Source: Octopus sinensis | Taxonomy: Eukaryota | NCBI RefSeq assembly: GCF_006345805.1 | Contig: NC_043003.1 | Coordinates: 114,700,001 to 114,764,000, forward strand | DNA: 64,000 bases | Direction: 5' to 3' | Shown: in pieces, positions 24,398-38,431 of the stretch | Position numbering within the stretch: position 1 is the first letter of the stretch | Layout of the letters: the number at the start of each line of letters is the position of its first letter | Notes under the pieces: model-generated | Told to the model about the DNA's origin: nothing | Database searches by the model: none | The model's input: the letters and a program-made list of their open reading frames with translations, nothing else | Translations under genes and position numbers: made by a program

Positions 24398-25689
24398 CTT
24401 TTCAAATAGTCTAAAAATAAACTGCAACCGAATAATGGACACGAAATGAAAATAATAACAAAATATTGAGTGAGAAAAAATATTCGATATAAACTGTGAG
24501 GAAGAGAAATAAAAATATAATGGTTAAGACAAGATGGTGGAAAACAAAACCAACCTAAAAAGAAAAAGAAAAAAAGGGAATAAAAAAAGAGATTTAGAAT
24601 AAAATGCTTAAAAAATATTTGTGCAGAAAAAGAATTAAGTGAAAAAAATTATATAGAAAAAAGAAGTGAACAAAAAATATCAAATATATTCATAGAATTT
24701 ATATTTAAAAAATATGAAGTTAAAAATTACAAAAAAGATAGGAAAGAAGAATTGTAACATAAAGAAACAAATCACCAGTTTTGGTCAAAGAATGGAAATT
24801 TAAATTTAGTAAAAAATAAAATTATAATTATATATGTTTACACACATATATAAACACATTTATACACAGACGCATGTGTACACACATAAATATTTATATA
24901 TATAGATATAAGATATACACATGTACACACTCCACATATTTATGCCTCATAACTAATATGAAAAGAATACAAAATAACAACTATCAATGTAAACATAAAC
25001 AATTTTTTCTAAAAATTGAAGGAAATAAAAGGAAAGAACAACTGAGATTGAAAAAGTACTTTCTCACATGCAAACACATACAGCTACCCTCTCACATACA
25101 CTTATCCGTACACACTCACACACACATATATACATACGTGCACACACACACACACATGTCCACACTTCCACAGATGTAGACATATTTTTCTCATTGTAGA
25201 TGCTCCTGAGACGGTTTCTAATGTCTCTCTTACAACAAATTCAGCCATTAATTTCTCAACTATTGTCTCTCGGTTGGATAAAGTGTCTTACATTATTTGT
25301 GAGCCGTTCTCATTTAATTATTTGCTGTTATTTTTGTCTGCGGTGATGGTCGGCTTTTATTGTAAGAGCTATTTACTGTTTGTCTTTTCTAGCTGTATTT
25401 TTATATTATGTTTTTCTTTTAAGCCGTTTCATAATTTTATTTCTTATGAGAAGAAACTGTATATCAATCTGCAGATGCTGGCGAATATCTCGAGACACAC
25501 TTTGGCACGATTTCAGGAAGACCTCTTCATATATATGCCAGTCTTATTGGTGTATCTCAGCATGTGCTATTTTATATGTAAAGCAAATGAAGGACAGAAG
25601 GTGGAATATTCGAGAATATATTATTAATCACAACAATTGTTTCGACATATCTAAGCATCGACTCCTATATGTAGTTAGAATTAACAAAA

Positions 25690-25819
25690 ACAAAATAAAA
25701 GGCGAAGACGGGTGTGTAAACAACAAACAGATGTATTAGTTTAACGCTCGGGAAGTGAGAAAGTCTTTTACGTTTCGAGCCTACGCTCTTCAGCAGAGAG
25801 AAAAACAGAAATAAACAGA

Positions 25820-25820
<1 letters not shown>
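25690..25820 (-). mobile_element. Solo Penelope pLTR-like repeat with minimal HHR motif (25764-25800)
   Basis: Minus: CTGCTGA-A-GAGC(GTAG)GCTC-GAA-ACGT-A-AAAGA. Homologous to 51835-52045, 55885-56060 and 63650-63810. Confidence 0.7.
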
Positions 25821-25897
<77 letters not shown>

Positions 25898-26290
25898 TGT
25901 GTTAAATGAGAAAAAGCTGATGAATGAAACTTCTGTGAATGATAATAAGCGTTCGCTGTGTGTTGGCTAAAGAATATAGTTTATTGTTAGGGCATATAAT
26001 CCCACGACAGAAAACAGCGGGTTTTAGAACTCGAAAGAATAAAATGCTTGTTTGCTTTCACTCATCTCCGTTTCTTCATTTAACAGAGAACACGTAATCG
26101 TTTCTTTACCCTACGCAATGAAACAAGAGTCCTTAAATCTAACAGGGAATTCTTGGTGGGTAGGTTGATGTTATCTGTTAGCGCGCATATTAGCGGTGTA
26201 GGTTCGCTTCCCACGCTTATTAGTGCCCACTTTCTTCGTCGCGGGCATTATATACCCTTAATAATATTTTCTTTAGCCAATTCACGATGT

Positions 26291-26559
26291 TCAAAGCATC
26301 TCCTATAACTGGGAAACGACCAAAGCCTTATAAGTGAATGGATTTGATAGATGGAAAATATCCGAAGCCTGTTACACACAAACGTGTGTGCATAACAAAA
26401 TAAAAAGATTATGATTATTATTTATGGACAATCTTTCAACTTTTTGTTTTGTCATGCACACACGTTTGTGTGTGTGTAACAGGCTTCGGATATTTTCCAT
26501 CTATCAAATCCATTCACTTATAAGGCTTTGATCGTTTCCGAGTTATAGGAGATACTTGA
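26291..26559. repeat. Fold-back inverted repeat (arms about 110 bp) made of a diverged SINE B segment
   Basis: 26291-26400 is the near-exact reverse complement of 26447-26559. Confidence 0.9.
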
Positions 26560-27361
26560 CTTAGCTTCCACACCGTGGCACTAAAAGCAGAACTATGTGA
26601 TTGGCAATGGAACCTCCTCCAACACGCACGCACGCACGCCAGCCATCCATCCATCCATCCATCCATACATCCATCCATCCATCCATACATCCATCCATAC
26701 ATCCATACATACATACATATCAAACGTCCAAAAATAAAAGAGAACATTCTGTAGCGAATTAATGCGAAAGTGGCAGTTCTTTTACCCTGGTTATGAATTC
26801 TCACATGTACCTATCATCATAATGGCATCAGGTTATGTACCAACACATTTACACAAAGAAAAAACTAGAAATACTCAGTCTCATGGAAAAAAGATTCTCC
26901 AAATCCAATCTATAGTGGCACTGTGAAAATTCCAAAACTTCTCCACGTGAGCTTCTTATGTGAACAGATGCACACACTTGCATTAAGCGTTCGAGTAAGA
27001 CACGAATTCAAACACATATTTACAAACACCGGGAATTCTCTTAACCCCAAAAAGGTTTATCGCTTACTTCGCAACCGGCTTGAACTCTCTCAAGAACATA
27101 AGTTAAACTCAAAGAGGCAACATCCATACATCCATGCGAATATACATACATGTGCACCCAAAGGAGGCTGGATTAGCCATCCTAAACAGAATCTTGGAGG
27201 AGAAGCACACCATAGCAGGAAAGTAAAATGTATGGTTACGTATCCCATAGGATAGAAGATAACATTGAAGCAAAAATTAGGGTCCTCTAGACCTGGGATG
27301 CATTGCGGATATCCCACTTAGAACGATATGCCTCTGCTATTCGGGAATAGGTGATAAATAT

Positions 27362-27965
27362 TTGCTAGAAAGAAAGAGAGAGAGAGAGAGAGAATATATC
27401 ACCAATGATATCACCCACATCATCAGCAGCTGCTCCAAGATGTCTATGAGATACTACCAGCCTCCGAGGCATGATATAGTTGCAAAACCTATCTACAATG
27501 CTATTCACAGGAAGGATGATTCCCTTGAGGTGTGCATCAAAGGGATTGTCAGGACCAACGTATACTCACACATTTAAAAAAAAGGAATACTGAGGGAATA
27601 CTAATCAAAGAATGAAACTATAATTCGGTGCAAACATACCAGATCTGATGCTGGGGTTTGAAACAAGGAACAAAAGCCATGCCCTGTTGCAGAGTTCAGC
27701 TGAGCCAGCGGATGTGAATCTACGATCAAACACCGAGGAAAATACAACGTTCAAGGCGAATGAATGCGGAACGTAGAGCACTCGTGCTGACTATGAATTC
27801 TAATTTGTACCTATTATCATAGGTGCATTGGGTTATGTAACAAGTTTGCACAAAAACTTAGAAATACTTGGTTTCACGGCAAAAGAGTAAAAGAAACTGA
27901 TGCGGATTATCTACGTCCAAACTATTAGCGGCTCAATGAAGATTAGCGAGAGAATCGAAAGATTC
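27362..27965 (+). mobile_element. REL-type LINE 3' fragment
   Basis: ITHIISSCSKMSMRYYQPPRHDIVAKPIYNAI..FVPIIIGALGYVT..LEILGF..VQTISGS; homologous to 36000-36550. Confidence 0.75.
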
Positions 27966-28317
27966 TCTAATATTCTCTTGATGAATAGATGCACGCTCAT
28001 CCATGTGTCTGCAACAACAGTTCAACCAACATCCAACTGAATCACATACTTACAAACAACAGCGACTCTCTTGACTCGAAAAGATTTCCCATTCTGTTAG
28101 CAACCAGTTTGGACTCTCTTAAGAACTGAAATAAAACGCAAAGAAATATACAGACATAAGCACTTACATACACATTCACTCCCACACATACACAACACAC
28201 ATTAATATATACTATTCAAGGAATACAGTATTATAGATCAACTAGATCCTATCCGACCAACAGGTTTTACACAGGGCATTAAAACCGGAGGTTGAACAAC
28301 AGCATCATTAGCTATTA

Positions 28318-28670
28318 TGATACGTTTTCTAGTGAGGCGCTTGTTTCCCAAACACGCGGCTCCAGATTCAGTGAGACTGTAGAATGTTTGACAGGGCAAA
28401 TGGCTTCTACAATAGCTTCGGGGTCACCAAATCCTTCTGAAGGAATTTGATAGACAGTAACAGAAACAAGCCTGTGGTTTTGTGTCTGTGTTTGTCCTAC
28501 ACCACCACTTGGCAATCGGTGTTGGTGTGCTTACGTCCCCATAACGTAGCAGTTTAGCAAATCGGAACGATAAATATGTACGAGGCTTAAAAAACATACT
28601 GGGGTCAATTCATTGGACTAAAATTTCTTCAAGGCGGTACCCCAGCATGGCCTCACTCTAATGAGTAAAA
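28318..28670 (+). mobile_element. SINE family B, degenerate
   Basis: Similar to 29407 and 39612 (CTTCTACAATAGC, TGGTGTGCTTACGTCCCC, CAAGGCGGTACCCCAGCATGGCC). Confidence 0.6.
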
Positions 28671-29406
28671 CAAAAGAAAAACATGTTTATATATATATAT
28701 ATACATAACAAACGGTTTTAATACCTAGTGCGAAACCACGTATACTTAGACGAGAAGATATATATGTGTGTGTGTGTCAGATGATTAAAAAGCTGCCTAA
28801 CCATTCCTGCTCTTCCTTTTGACTTTTACTTTATATATATATCTATTTATATATGTATGTATGTATATAAATGTGTGTGTGCGTGTGTTTATGTGTGTAT
28901 GTATGATAAATATAAACTCGACATATTATACGGTCGTATAATGAACGACAAGTCTTCGATGTTGAAGGGTCAATCGTCATCGAACTACTCACGTCTTATA
29001 TTAAAGGAAACAAATCAATGCGATCTCTGTAAAATTGATAAATATATCGTCTTAATGGAAACATCAATACGTTTTGAGAAAACTATTAGAAATATTATCA
29101 TTATTTTATTGTTAATACATTGCTGGAGTTATTGTGGTTGTTGTTGTCTCGTCTCGCTTTCTGTTGATGATTCATGGCTTTGATGAAAACCTATCTGAGA
29201 TGAAATACTTTCCATTCAAGATTATCTCTTCTATATATGTCTGATCATTGCTTGTTCAATAGTAAGCCGTCTAATGCGTTCTTCCACATTTATCAAATGA
29301 CAGGCTCTCAAGTGTCGATTCTCATGTTATGTCGATACGGAACACAAATCCCCAAACAAATTCTACCCTAACTCTTTTACTGAAAATGTTTAATGTAAAC
29401 AAACGC

Positions 29407-29640
29407 AGGCGCAGGAGTTGCTGTGTGGTAAGTAGCTTGTTTACCAACCACATGGTTCCGGGTTCAGTCCCACTGCGTGCCACCTTGGGCAACTGTCTTC
29501 TACTATAGCCTCGGACCAACCAATGCCTTGTGAGTGGATTTGGTAGACGGAAACTGAAAGAAGCCTGTCGTATATATGTATATATATGTATGTGTGTGTA
29601 TGTTTGTGTGTCTGTGTTTGTCCCCCTAGCATTGCTTGAC
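29407..29640 (+). mobile_element. tRNA-derived SINE family B (CORE-like CCTTGGGCAA motif), 3' truncated
   Basis: AGGCGCAGGAGTTGCTGTGTGGTAAG..GGTTCAGTCCCACTGCG..CCTTGGGCAACTGTC; cut off where the 29670 fold-back begins. Confidence 0.8.
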
Positions 29641-29669
29641 AATCCAATTTTATAGTAATATATTATATT

Positions 29670-30084
29670 AAATTAGAGATAAAACCACTATTAGGCAAAT
29701 CAAACAATGAAAAACTTAAGCCAATGCATAAAATTAATTAATTTATATTACTTTAAATATATATCAAAAGTATCAAAAGTTAATAAAAGATAATGAGTAA
29801 AACACTACGATCGTTTCATGGCTGTCCAATTCGTAATAATTCAAGTTCATTGCTAAACCTCGGTAAGATAAATATTTCAATTACCTGAAGATTGACTGTA
29901 ACCATAACTCGAATTATTACGAATTGGACAGCCATGAAACGATCGTAGTGTTTTACTCATTATCTTTTATTAAACTTTTAATACTTTTGATATATATTTA
30001 AAATAATATAAATTAATTAATTTTATGTATTGGCTTAAGTTTTTCATTGTTTGATTTGCCTAATAGTGGTTTTGTCTCTAATTT
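29670..30084. repeat. Fold-back inverted repeat, arms about 178 bp, 58-nt spacer
   Basis: 29670-29847 is the near-exact reverse complement of 29906-30084. Confidence 0.92.
29879..29953 (+). ncRNA. Type I hammerhead-like motif with long stem II
   Basis: CTGAAGA 29885-29891; stem II TTGACTGT/ACAGCCAT (6 of 8 pairs, U-U at the closing pair); GAAA 29936-29939; palindromic ACGATCGT; GUA triplet; weak stem I. Confidence 0.55.
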
Positions 30085-30085
30085 T

Positions 30086-30120
<35 letters not shown>

Positions 30121-30139
30121 TATATGTGTGTGTATTAAT

Positions 30140-30335
30140 CCAAACAAGAACAAGCAAAAAAAAAAAACAAAGCGGGGACGTGGAACAAATACTGGGTTTT
30201 TCGACGCTCATGAAAGGAAAGAAAAGAGGATTTCACGTTTTGAGCGGAGCTCTTCATCAGAGATATAAAGTCCAAACAAGGGAAGACGGAGAAGGAAAAT
30301 CACACGAACGATACACACGTGGTCACATATTGAAA
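30140..30335 (-). mobile_element. pLTR-like repeat with degenerate minimal HHR (30225-30265)
   Basis: Minus: CTGATGA-A-GAGC(TCC)GCTC-AAAACGTG. Canonical 5' core, but G12 is mutated and position 17 is G, so probably inactive. TA-rich flanks. Confidence 0.55.
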
Positions 30336-30834
30336 TGACCGGAAGGGTTGTATATATATATATATATATAATATATATATATATATAATATATATATATA
30401 TATATTTATTATGTATGAATGTATGTATGTATATATATAGGGATAAAAAGAGAGAAAGAGAGAGATTGATAATGAGATACACTCACTGTCAAACAGACAG
30501 GCGTTTATATAAATATATATATATATATATATATGCGTGTGTGTGTGTGTATGTGTATACATAGGGAGATCGAGGGGTACCAAAGTAAGCACGTAAATGT
30601 GAAACAAGATGGAGAAAAATAGTGCTCGAATACGGGAGGTAGAGTAATATGCTTTATTATTCTCAATCTGAGCAGTCCGACGAACGGGAAACTGCGGAGC
30701 AGATTTTGAGATATGCTTGTGATGTTTTTACAGCTTTTATAATGATAAAGTATTTGGATAGCCAGATATATATATTCATGTATACATACATACATACATG
30801 CATATATACATGCATATATATATATATTCTTTTC

Positions 30835-31215
30835 TTCTACTTGTTTGTCATTTGACTGTGGCCAGTCTGCAGCACCTGACTGTAATCGAACATACAAATC
30901 CCACTACTTAATTATGTGGAGCCTGGTACTTTTTCTAACAGCCCGTTTTTGCCGAGCCGTCAAATCTCGGAGACATAAACAAACCAGCGTCGGCTGTCAA
31001 GCGGTTGTGGAGACAAACAGGTGTGCAGACATATACACACACATTATATATATATATATAAACGACGAACTTCTTTCCGTTTCCGTCTAACACATCTACT
31101 CACAAGTCTGGTTGACCGGGGGCTATAGTAGAAATCGGTTGCAGAAGGTTCCACACATTGGGACTGAACCCGGACCTATGTCTTTGGGAAGCAAACCCCT
31201 TACTCATCCGCCACG
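30835..31215 (-). mobile_element. SINE family B
   Basis: Reverse-complement similarity to 39612-40025. Confidence 0.7.
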
Positions 31216-32804
31216 GACATACATGCACGTACATAATTTGATGCGTACGAGTGTGTATCTGTCTCCGTACCCGCGTTTATATTACTACAGGTGAAAGAAA
31301 CCGTTCGATTATATTATCTAAGCCTCACAAGTTAACGATTTCACAAGCAGAGATGATAAAATAAGAATCAGACCAGCTTCAATATGGGCGCCCTCAACAC
31401 TCCCAGGCGTGAAATTATAGGAAAGTAAAATATATTTCATTTCTTGTATCCCATATTTTATGTAGGTGCAGTATTGATTTCAGTTTTGTGATGCGGTAGG
31501 GGCAAGGACATATTTTATGCGTATCAATATAGACGGGGATCAATGAAATCAATCTCGATATAAAAATATTGGTAGATATTTTGTCGATCTTGGGAAGAGT
31601 GAAGTGCAAAAATCTCTTCAACAGAGGGCAATGTAAGAATCCATTGCCTCGTCTGGGGTGGGTTTCAGAGTGGACAGATGGGTGTTGTTACCCTGGTTGT
31701 CCACATTGCTTCATGCTTGGAATTGAAACCAAATTCTGAAGAGTTTAGTTGATTGTCATCTCTGCCGTAAAGATCATAATATCGGTGGTGATGGTGGAGG
31801 TGGCCGGGGTTGTGGTGGAAGTGGTGTTGCTGATGATGATGAGGAGGAGGAAGGGGAGGATTATGCGGATCATTGTGGAGACATGTGATAATTATGACGA
31901 TGATGATGATTAAATGATGCAGACGATTTTTTGTATAAATAATAATTCTGCGTCTGACGGAGGTGCTGGTGGTGGTGATGAAGAATATCTTAGGACATGT
32001 TCTCATTGAAGAAAACCATTTGACTAATGGACAAATGCATCCACCTTTTACTTTCCACAAAGGCACAGACACACACACTCACAAACACACACATACATTC
32101 ATTCACACACACAAGCACACACACGTAAACAGACATGCACTCAAACACGTACAGACCTAAATATCAATAGCACTTTTACCTTCGCTCAGCTTTAGGTTTT
32201 ATTTTTATTCAACTTCTGGCATTGATAATATTTTCTTTCATCTTACGAATTTTTCATTCACTTGCGCTAAATTGATCCATCGAATTTTTTTTTTATCCTT
32301 TTTTTTTATTTTCCTCCTCAACAACTGAACTGTGTGGCTGCCTTCCACTTAGTCGCGCACCGAATATTTCAATGCTTGCTTGCCGGAGTGTTTCTTTGTA
32401 TTTTCTGCAAGCCGTTCTCAGCCAAGATTGAACGCATTGACTTCTATCCAAGTGTCCATTAGTCACATCGTTATACAACAATCAAAGTTTAGCTCGAAAC
32501 AAATGCTCTTACAAAATGATTATTTTGTCAGTAAATCCGCCACAAACAACTTATATATTGAAAGATATACGAGAGCAGGTTCAAGTTACCGTTTGATGTA
32601 AAATGTCTGTTTGTGTTTTTAAACGGATAACTTGGTAAATAATTGATATCTACATCTGAATGTATTTCATACGTAACTACATATATATAGTTACAAACAT
32701 ACATGCATACTTACGTACATACGCACACTCATATATGCACCATACATTTCTTCCTACATACATTTATACATACATGTGTGTGTGTTTGTATTTACGACAT
32801 TGCA

Positions 32805-32980
32805 CTCCGTTTGATACGACGACGAGTGTTCCAGTTGATCCGATCAACGGAACAGCCTGCCCGTGAAATTAACGAGCAAGTGGCTGAGCACTCCACAGAT
32901 ATGTGTGGCCTTAACATAGATCTCGGGGGAGATTCAGCTTGACACAGAGTGTGACAAGGCTGGCCCTATGAATTACAGGT
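32805..32980 (-). mobile_element. SINE family D, 3' part
   Basis: Reverse complement of 39090-39255. Confidence 0.75.
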
Positions 32981-33149
32981 AGAACGGGAACAGGAATAAA
33001 GATTTTGGAATCATGCTGACTTTGAGGAATTTAAAAAGAACCAGAGCCGAATCCGGACCCACAATCCTGAAATTTTGGAATCTCAAGTCTTCATTACTCT
33101 GATTGATTTTGGTGATTTTTTTACGTGACTTTTTGCAACAAATAATAAT

Positions 33150-33715
33150 GCAGTGGTTCCCATGGCTTCTGATCTTAACTGATTGGAAGTGTTATCATGT
33201 TCATTGTTTTGTCTTGGTATAAAAGATGGGCTACAGCAAATATTCTGCTCAATACCACAGATTTACTTGTCAGTTGTTTGACCTTAACCAGTTGAGCAAG
33301 TCCCTTAGTGGCTGACGATATGTGCATCTCTGATCAAGAGCAGAAGTAGTGGGGGAACATCATAGCCATGTGTTGAGAGGAATTCTTTGGAGTTTGAATA
33401 ATTCCCCTTTGGAAACATGTGTGTTTCGTTCAACATTTTTAAACAACCCTTAATCAGGAACCTTTTGAGCGGGATGGGTTACTCGACCTGAAGAGAATTG
33501 TAACTGGGCCCCACCTGCAAGGTCATGTGCTGTTTATCTTGACACGAGATCACCATGTCACACAACACATATGGTTGTGAAGCATGTGCCTGGTGTACCC
33601 TTATCAGACGGGTAGTCATGAGGGGTATACTGGGTTTCGTATACTTGTACCCCAGTGACACTTTGATGGCATGCACTGTCTCTCACTCAATAATAATAAT
33701 AATAATAATAATAAT
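33150..33715 (+). mobile_element. (AAT)n-tailed retroposon, longest copy in the window
   Basis: Colinear with 22510-23020 and 12400-12636; followed directly by a minus-strand SINE A (33716-33900). Confidence 0.8.
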
Positions 33716-34216
33716 CCTCTCTACTCTTGGCACAAGGCTTGAAATTTTGGAGGGAGGGGACTAATCGAATATATCGATCCTACTGTTTCACTTATTTTAT
33801 CGGTCCCGAAGGGCTGAAAAGCACATCAACCGCAGCAGAATCTGAAAGTAGAACACGAAAACGGACAAAATGCCGCAAGCAATTTGTCCGGCTAACGACT
33901 CTTAAAGTTAGACAATAATAATCAGAAGACAGGTGTTCTATCCTGGAATGCACTTAAGTCCTGTAAAGTATTGAATACCGCTTTTGTTTTATGCGTATTC
34001 GATATGTGCGCGCGTGTGTGTGCGTGCGTATAATTGATTTCGACAGAAAGCTGCGGTTTCAATTGTTTTTAGACATTACTGGAGAATAGAATATTCTTCA
34101 CTGCGCTTCCCAACCTCACAGTACTTGATGTTATTGCCAATTTCGTCGATGCTAATGAATGGGGTCCTTGTTTTTATAAACAGACGGAACAGTAGTTCTT
34201 TAATGATAATTAGGTA

Positions 34217-34254
<38 letters not shown>

Positions 34255-35999
34255 GTGTGTGTGTGTGTGTGTGTGTGCATGTATGTAGCGGGAGTGGGTT
34301 TCATTCTTTCGATTTACAAAATTCGGTTTACCTCAAAGCGTTAGAATAAAAATAGCTCCCTCAAGGAATTTGTCTTCCCAACCGATGATTGCTAAATGCA
34401 CATGAAACATTAGTTGTGAAAGAGTATAAGCAGGGAATTTCTAACTTCTGTCTCTAAGTGTTGATGTACTTCGGTTTGTCGTGAAGACAGGATGTCTAAA
34501 TCTTAACGAATAGTTGCCATCCTTTGTAGAGAAATCCAAGTAAGTAGCGAACGATGTAAGCAGCAGAAAAGTAGAACAAGTTGAAAGAGGAGAGGTAGAA
34601 CAGCTGAAAGTTGTCGTTGGGTGGCAGTTGTACGGTTGTGTTAGTGGCATGGACAGAAATGTCTTCATTTTCTCTGTCTCTTTCTCACTTTCATCCACCC
34701 ACAAGCAAAATATATGCATACACGTGTATGTTTGTATGTAGGTGCGTATGTATGTGTTTGGGTGTGTGTATTTCTACGGGTGTGTACGTACGTGTACGTT
34801 TATGTGTGTGTATATACGTGGCGGGGAGTCTACAGACATAAAAAAACCTGAAAGCGTATATATTTGGAAAGCTGTCGGTGTTCAAATACCAAAATTAAAT
34901 GGTCGAAGTTTTAAATATTATGGAAAATAAAATATATCTCATCATTTTATAGTTTCATATTTAAATTTTTTGTATTTCTAAAATATTCAGATTTTATGAT
35001 CTATAAATTGTACCACTAATTTTAGTCATAATATTTGAATATATTTCAAATATCATAGAATTAAACTATCTCATTCACAGAGCACAATACTTAAATAGTT
35101 TCAGCGTATAAGCAATACGAATAAACATAAAACAATTAAACTGCTAATTTATTACGATGTTTTAAATATTATAAAGATGAACATTTTGATTCAGAGATCA
35201 TAATGCTTGATTATTTTCGAAGTATAAACACATTTAAACGCATAAAAAATGAATGCATAGATGATTTTTCTAAGTTCCATAACATTTAAAAACTTTTCGA
35301 ATTTATAATTATTTACTATGACGAATATTGACGAGAGTGTTCCAGTTTAAGCTTCTATATATATCTTGTACGGAATATCATTGCGATGGAGGGAACTTGT
35401 CTTTATATAGAAAAGTTTCTATCAAAAAACTTGTTTAACATCAGGGAAATCGTTTGCCTCCAATGATGTAGATTGGTTGTTCTTTCGGGGAAAATACAAC
35501 CGTTGCTTAGAAAGTGAGATTCGCCCTCTCCACAGAGCAGCATTTGAATTTTAACATCTCTCTTGTGTGATGCTTACTATAGCTGATCGTAGCTGAAAAA
35601 GGCAAAACATTTAATGAAAAATTCCGTGTTTGGATAAAGCCTTGCATTCGTGTGGGTGGTTAGTTCTCAAGACACCGACTGCAAAAGGCACCCATCCATA
35701 CCATATCTGAGCAAATGAGTTTGGGTTTCTAATCAGATCCGAGTTGTTCAATTTTAAAACAACAAGCGAGCCATGACAGTGCTTGAAATCGAATTGCAGC
35801 CATCATTTATTTATCTTCTAAGTTTTTAATTATTATAAATCTTCCACTGAGGAGATACAAGGCTCCATCTTTGGGATGTAGTTAACACAGACAAATTCAC
35901 ATTTGAGACTTGAGAAAAGTCTTGCATGTTTTTACTGTTCCAATCACAGATTTCCATCGTAATGTACGAATCAGCCGGTCGATTTCTCTTTCTGAAAAT

Positions 36000-37330
36000 C
36001 CCAGTTTATCCAGATTCTCCTTTTAAGCATTTACTAACAAAACTTAGTGCTCCAATTATTATTGTTATGAATATGAAATCATAGTCTGGATATGTAATAA
36101 AAGCTGGAGGTTTCGAAGCAGTTGTCCATATATATCCTATTTTACTTTGATTTTGGAAATCATATTTATATCTGCAGAGCAGCTGATCTCCCTGACGGTA
36201 CATATCTTTGCCCTTCAGTCCCAAAGAACAATATCTGGCCTGTTGCGTTTACATTTGACAGCAGTTTTGATGGGAATATTGTACCAATATTCCTTGAGTT
36301 TGTGTTTATGACTATATTCCTTAAAAGAGGTATTTTCTAAGTTTATTTCAGGACAGTCCTTTATGCGGATGGTATTGTAAATTATTTTAGTGGCAACGTC
36401 GCGCCGTATATGGAAGTAGTACGGTGACGACATTTCAGGAGAGCTGCTAATCATATGCGTGATACCTTCCACAGAATCATGACGTGACCTACACATGCGG
36501 TTGCATTTTGGGAGTACAAGAGCGTCACTGTCTCTTTTGTTCACCAGGTACTTTGTGGCAATCTCCTTTTCCTGTATTGCAAACGCATAGCCTTTAAAGT
36601 GTGATGTGATGTAGTTGCCTTGTGCCTAAGTGAGGCTGCGCTTCGTGTCAATTCTGGTGTCTTCTTCAAGTTTCCGGGCAATACACATATGCATGATTTT
36701 TTTTTATATGCAGAGTGCTTTCCATCTAGGCCTTCTCTGGTTTGGGGCTGTATAGGCGATCATCAGGAAGAGAGTGCTTCTTGAGGAGTTCACTGCCAGC
36801 TCGTACAATGTTGCTCACTTCACTTTTCAGCACTGCATTAATTTATTTACTTTTGCTGCTGTTGTTTAGCAGGTGCTGCTTGAGTGATACCATACGGCAT
36901 TCGAAGGCCGTCTAATCTCAAACCTCTACAGCTTTAATTTCCTCTTAGGTAGAAACTGTCAACATCACTGTTTCTTTGGAAGTTCTCAGTTGTCAAGATT
37001 TTGCGGGTTTTGATATCTATGGAATGGATTTTCTCTACAGACCAATAATGTATCCCAAATGTTGGGATCAGTACTGGTACTGCAGATGCATTGTGGGTTA
37101 TTGTTTTGTTGCAAGAGGAGAGTTCTGACTGCCAAGTTTTCACTAAATTATATGTCGCGCTTAAGTTACATGCTGATTACGCCATAAGATGATATGAATT
37201 ATCGATCTAATATTGTATTTAGAGTTGAGGTCATGTATTTGTCCCAGAATATTTCCAGGTTGTATTTGATCGTTTGCTCGTGTTATCGGAATGTGTTGTA
37301 CGTCTGTTAAGTTATGTTACAGGGGGTGAA
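36000..37330 (-). mobile_element. REL-endonuclease LINE fragment (RT C-terminus, CCHC, nuclease), pseudogenised
   Basis: AVPVLIPTFG..IDIKTRKILT..SDVDSFYL, CNRMCRSRHDSVEGITHMISS, CKRNRPDIVLWD, YPDYDFIFITIIIGAL. Confidence 0.8.
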
Positions 37331-38099
37331 GGTGTGTGTAAATTTGGGGGTCGTTGAATATTTAAATGCGTTCCTATTAAAAGTTTGGTGGTAGCGATGA
37401 TGGGCGTAGACTTACAGATGAGTTCGTGACTTGTAACGGGATATAACGGCTATTCTAGTGGGAAGGGTTATATCTATTAATTTCGTGATGTTACCTACCG
37501 AATGGGAGAGCAGTAATTTATGTCCCCAGTAAACTTGTTCTAACGAACGGCGTTTAGTAGCAATGTAGGTTCTTGAGAATTTTTCAGTGGCTGAACCTCG
37601 TAATAAGCGCAGAGATGAAGTTATTGGTAATAGGACACGGGTGATGGGAGAGTTTAAATATGTAGTGTAGACATATATTAAGACACAGATACACACATAT
37701 ATTCGTTAATTTATGTCTATACTACATATCTAAACTCTCCCATTCTTGTATACTGAAGGAGGTATTTATGTGTTAAATACATTGAAAATTGAAAACCTGA
37801 TATTACATAACGTTTCTGTGGTATTATATTACGGCGATGTAGGACGATTCTACGAGGAAATCTTACACCAATTTTCACATATTTTTCTTATTTTACTAAA
37901 ATAATTTGTTGTTAAATTATTGATATTTGTTTTATCACATGCCATTAAAAGTAAGTGTTTGACAAGAGAGACATGTTTAATGTTATGTATGGTGACACAA
38001 GTTCTATAAAATGTAAACAGGAATTTTAGATAAATAAATTATGATACACACAAATACAAAAACTTATTAGAAACAAAAATAAAGAACATTGGGGGGGGG

Positions 38100-38293
38100 A
38101 TGTGTGTACAGACAGACAGACACACACACCTATATACATACTTACATTTTTATGCGTGTGTGTTTATGTGTATGTATGTATGTCTATATGTTTGTATGTA
38201 TATATATATATATATTCATATACATGCACAATATATATATATATATATATATTTACAATCACAAACTCAAACACACGTTTACGTATGTGTGTG

Positions 38294-38350
<57 letters not shown>

Positions 38351-38387
38351 GTTTATATATAAATCTATGCATGTATTTATATATGAA

Positions 38388-38431
<44 letters not shown>

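Noticed and set aside
29170-29215. TTGATGAAAACC..GAAATAC hammerhead-like string
   Set aside because: Stems do not pair; too degenerate to call.
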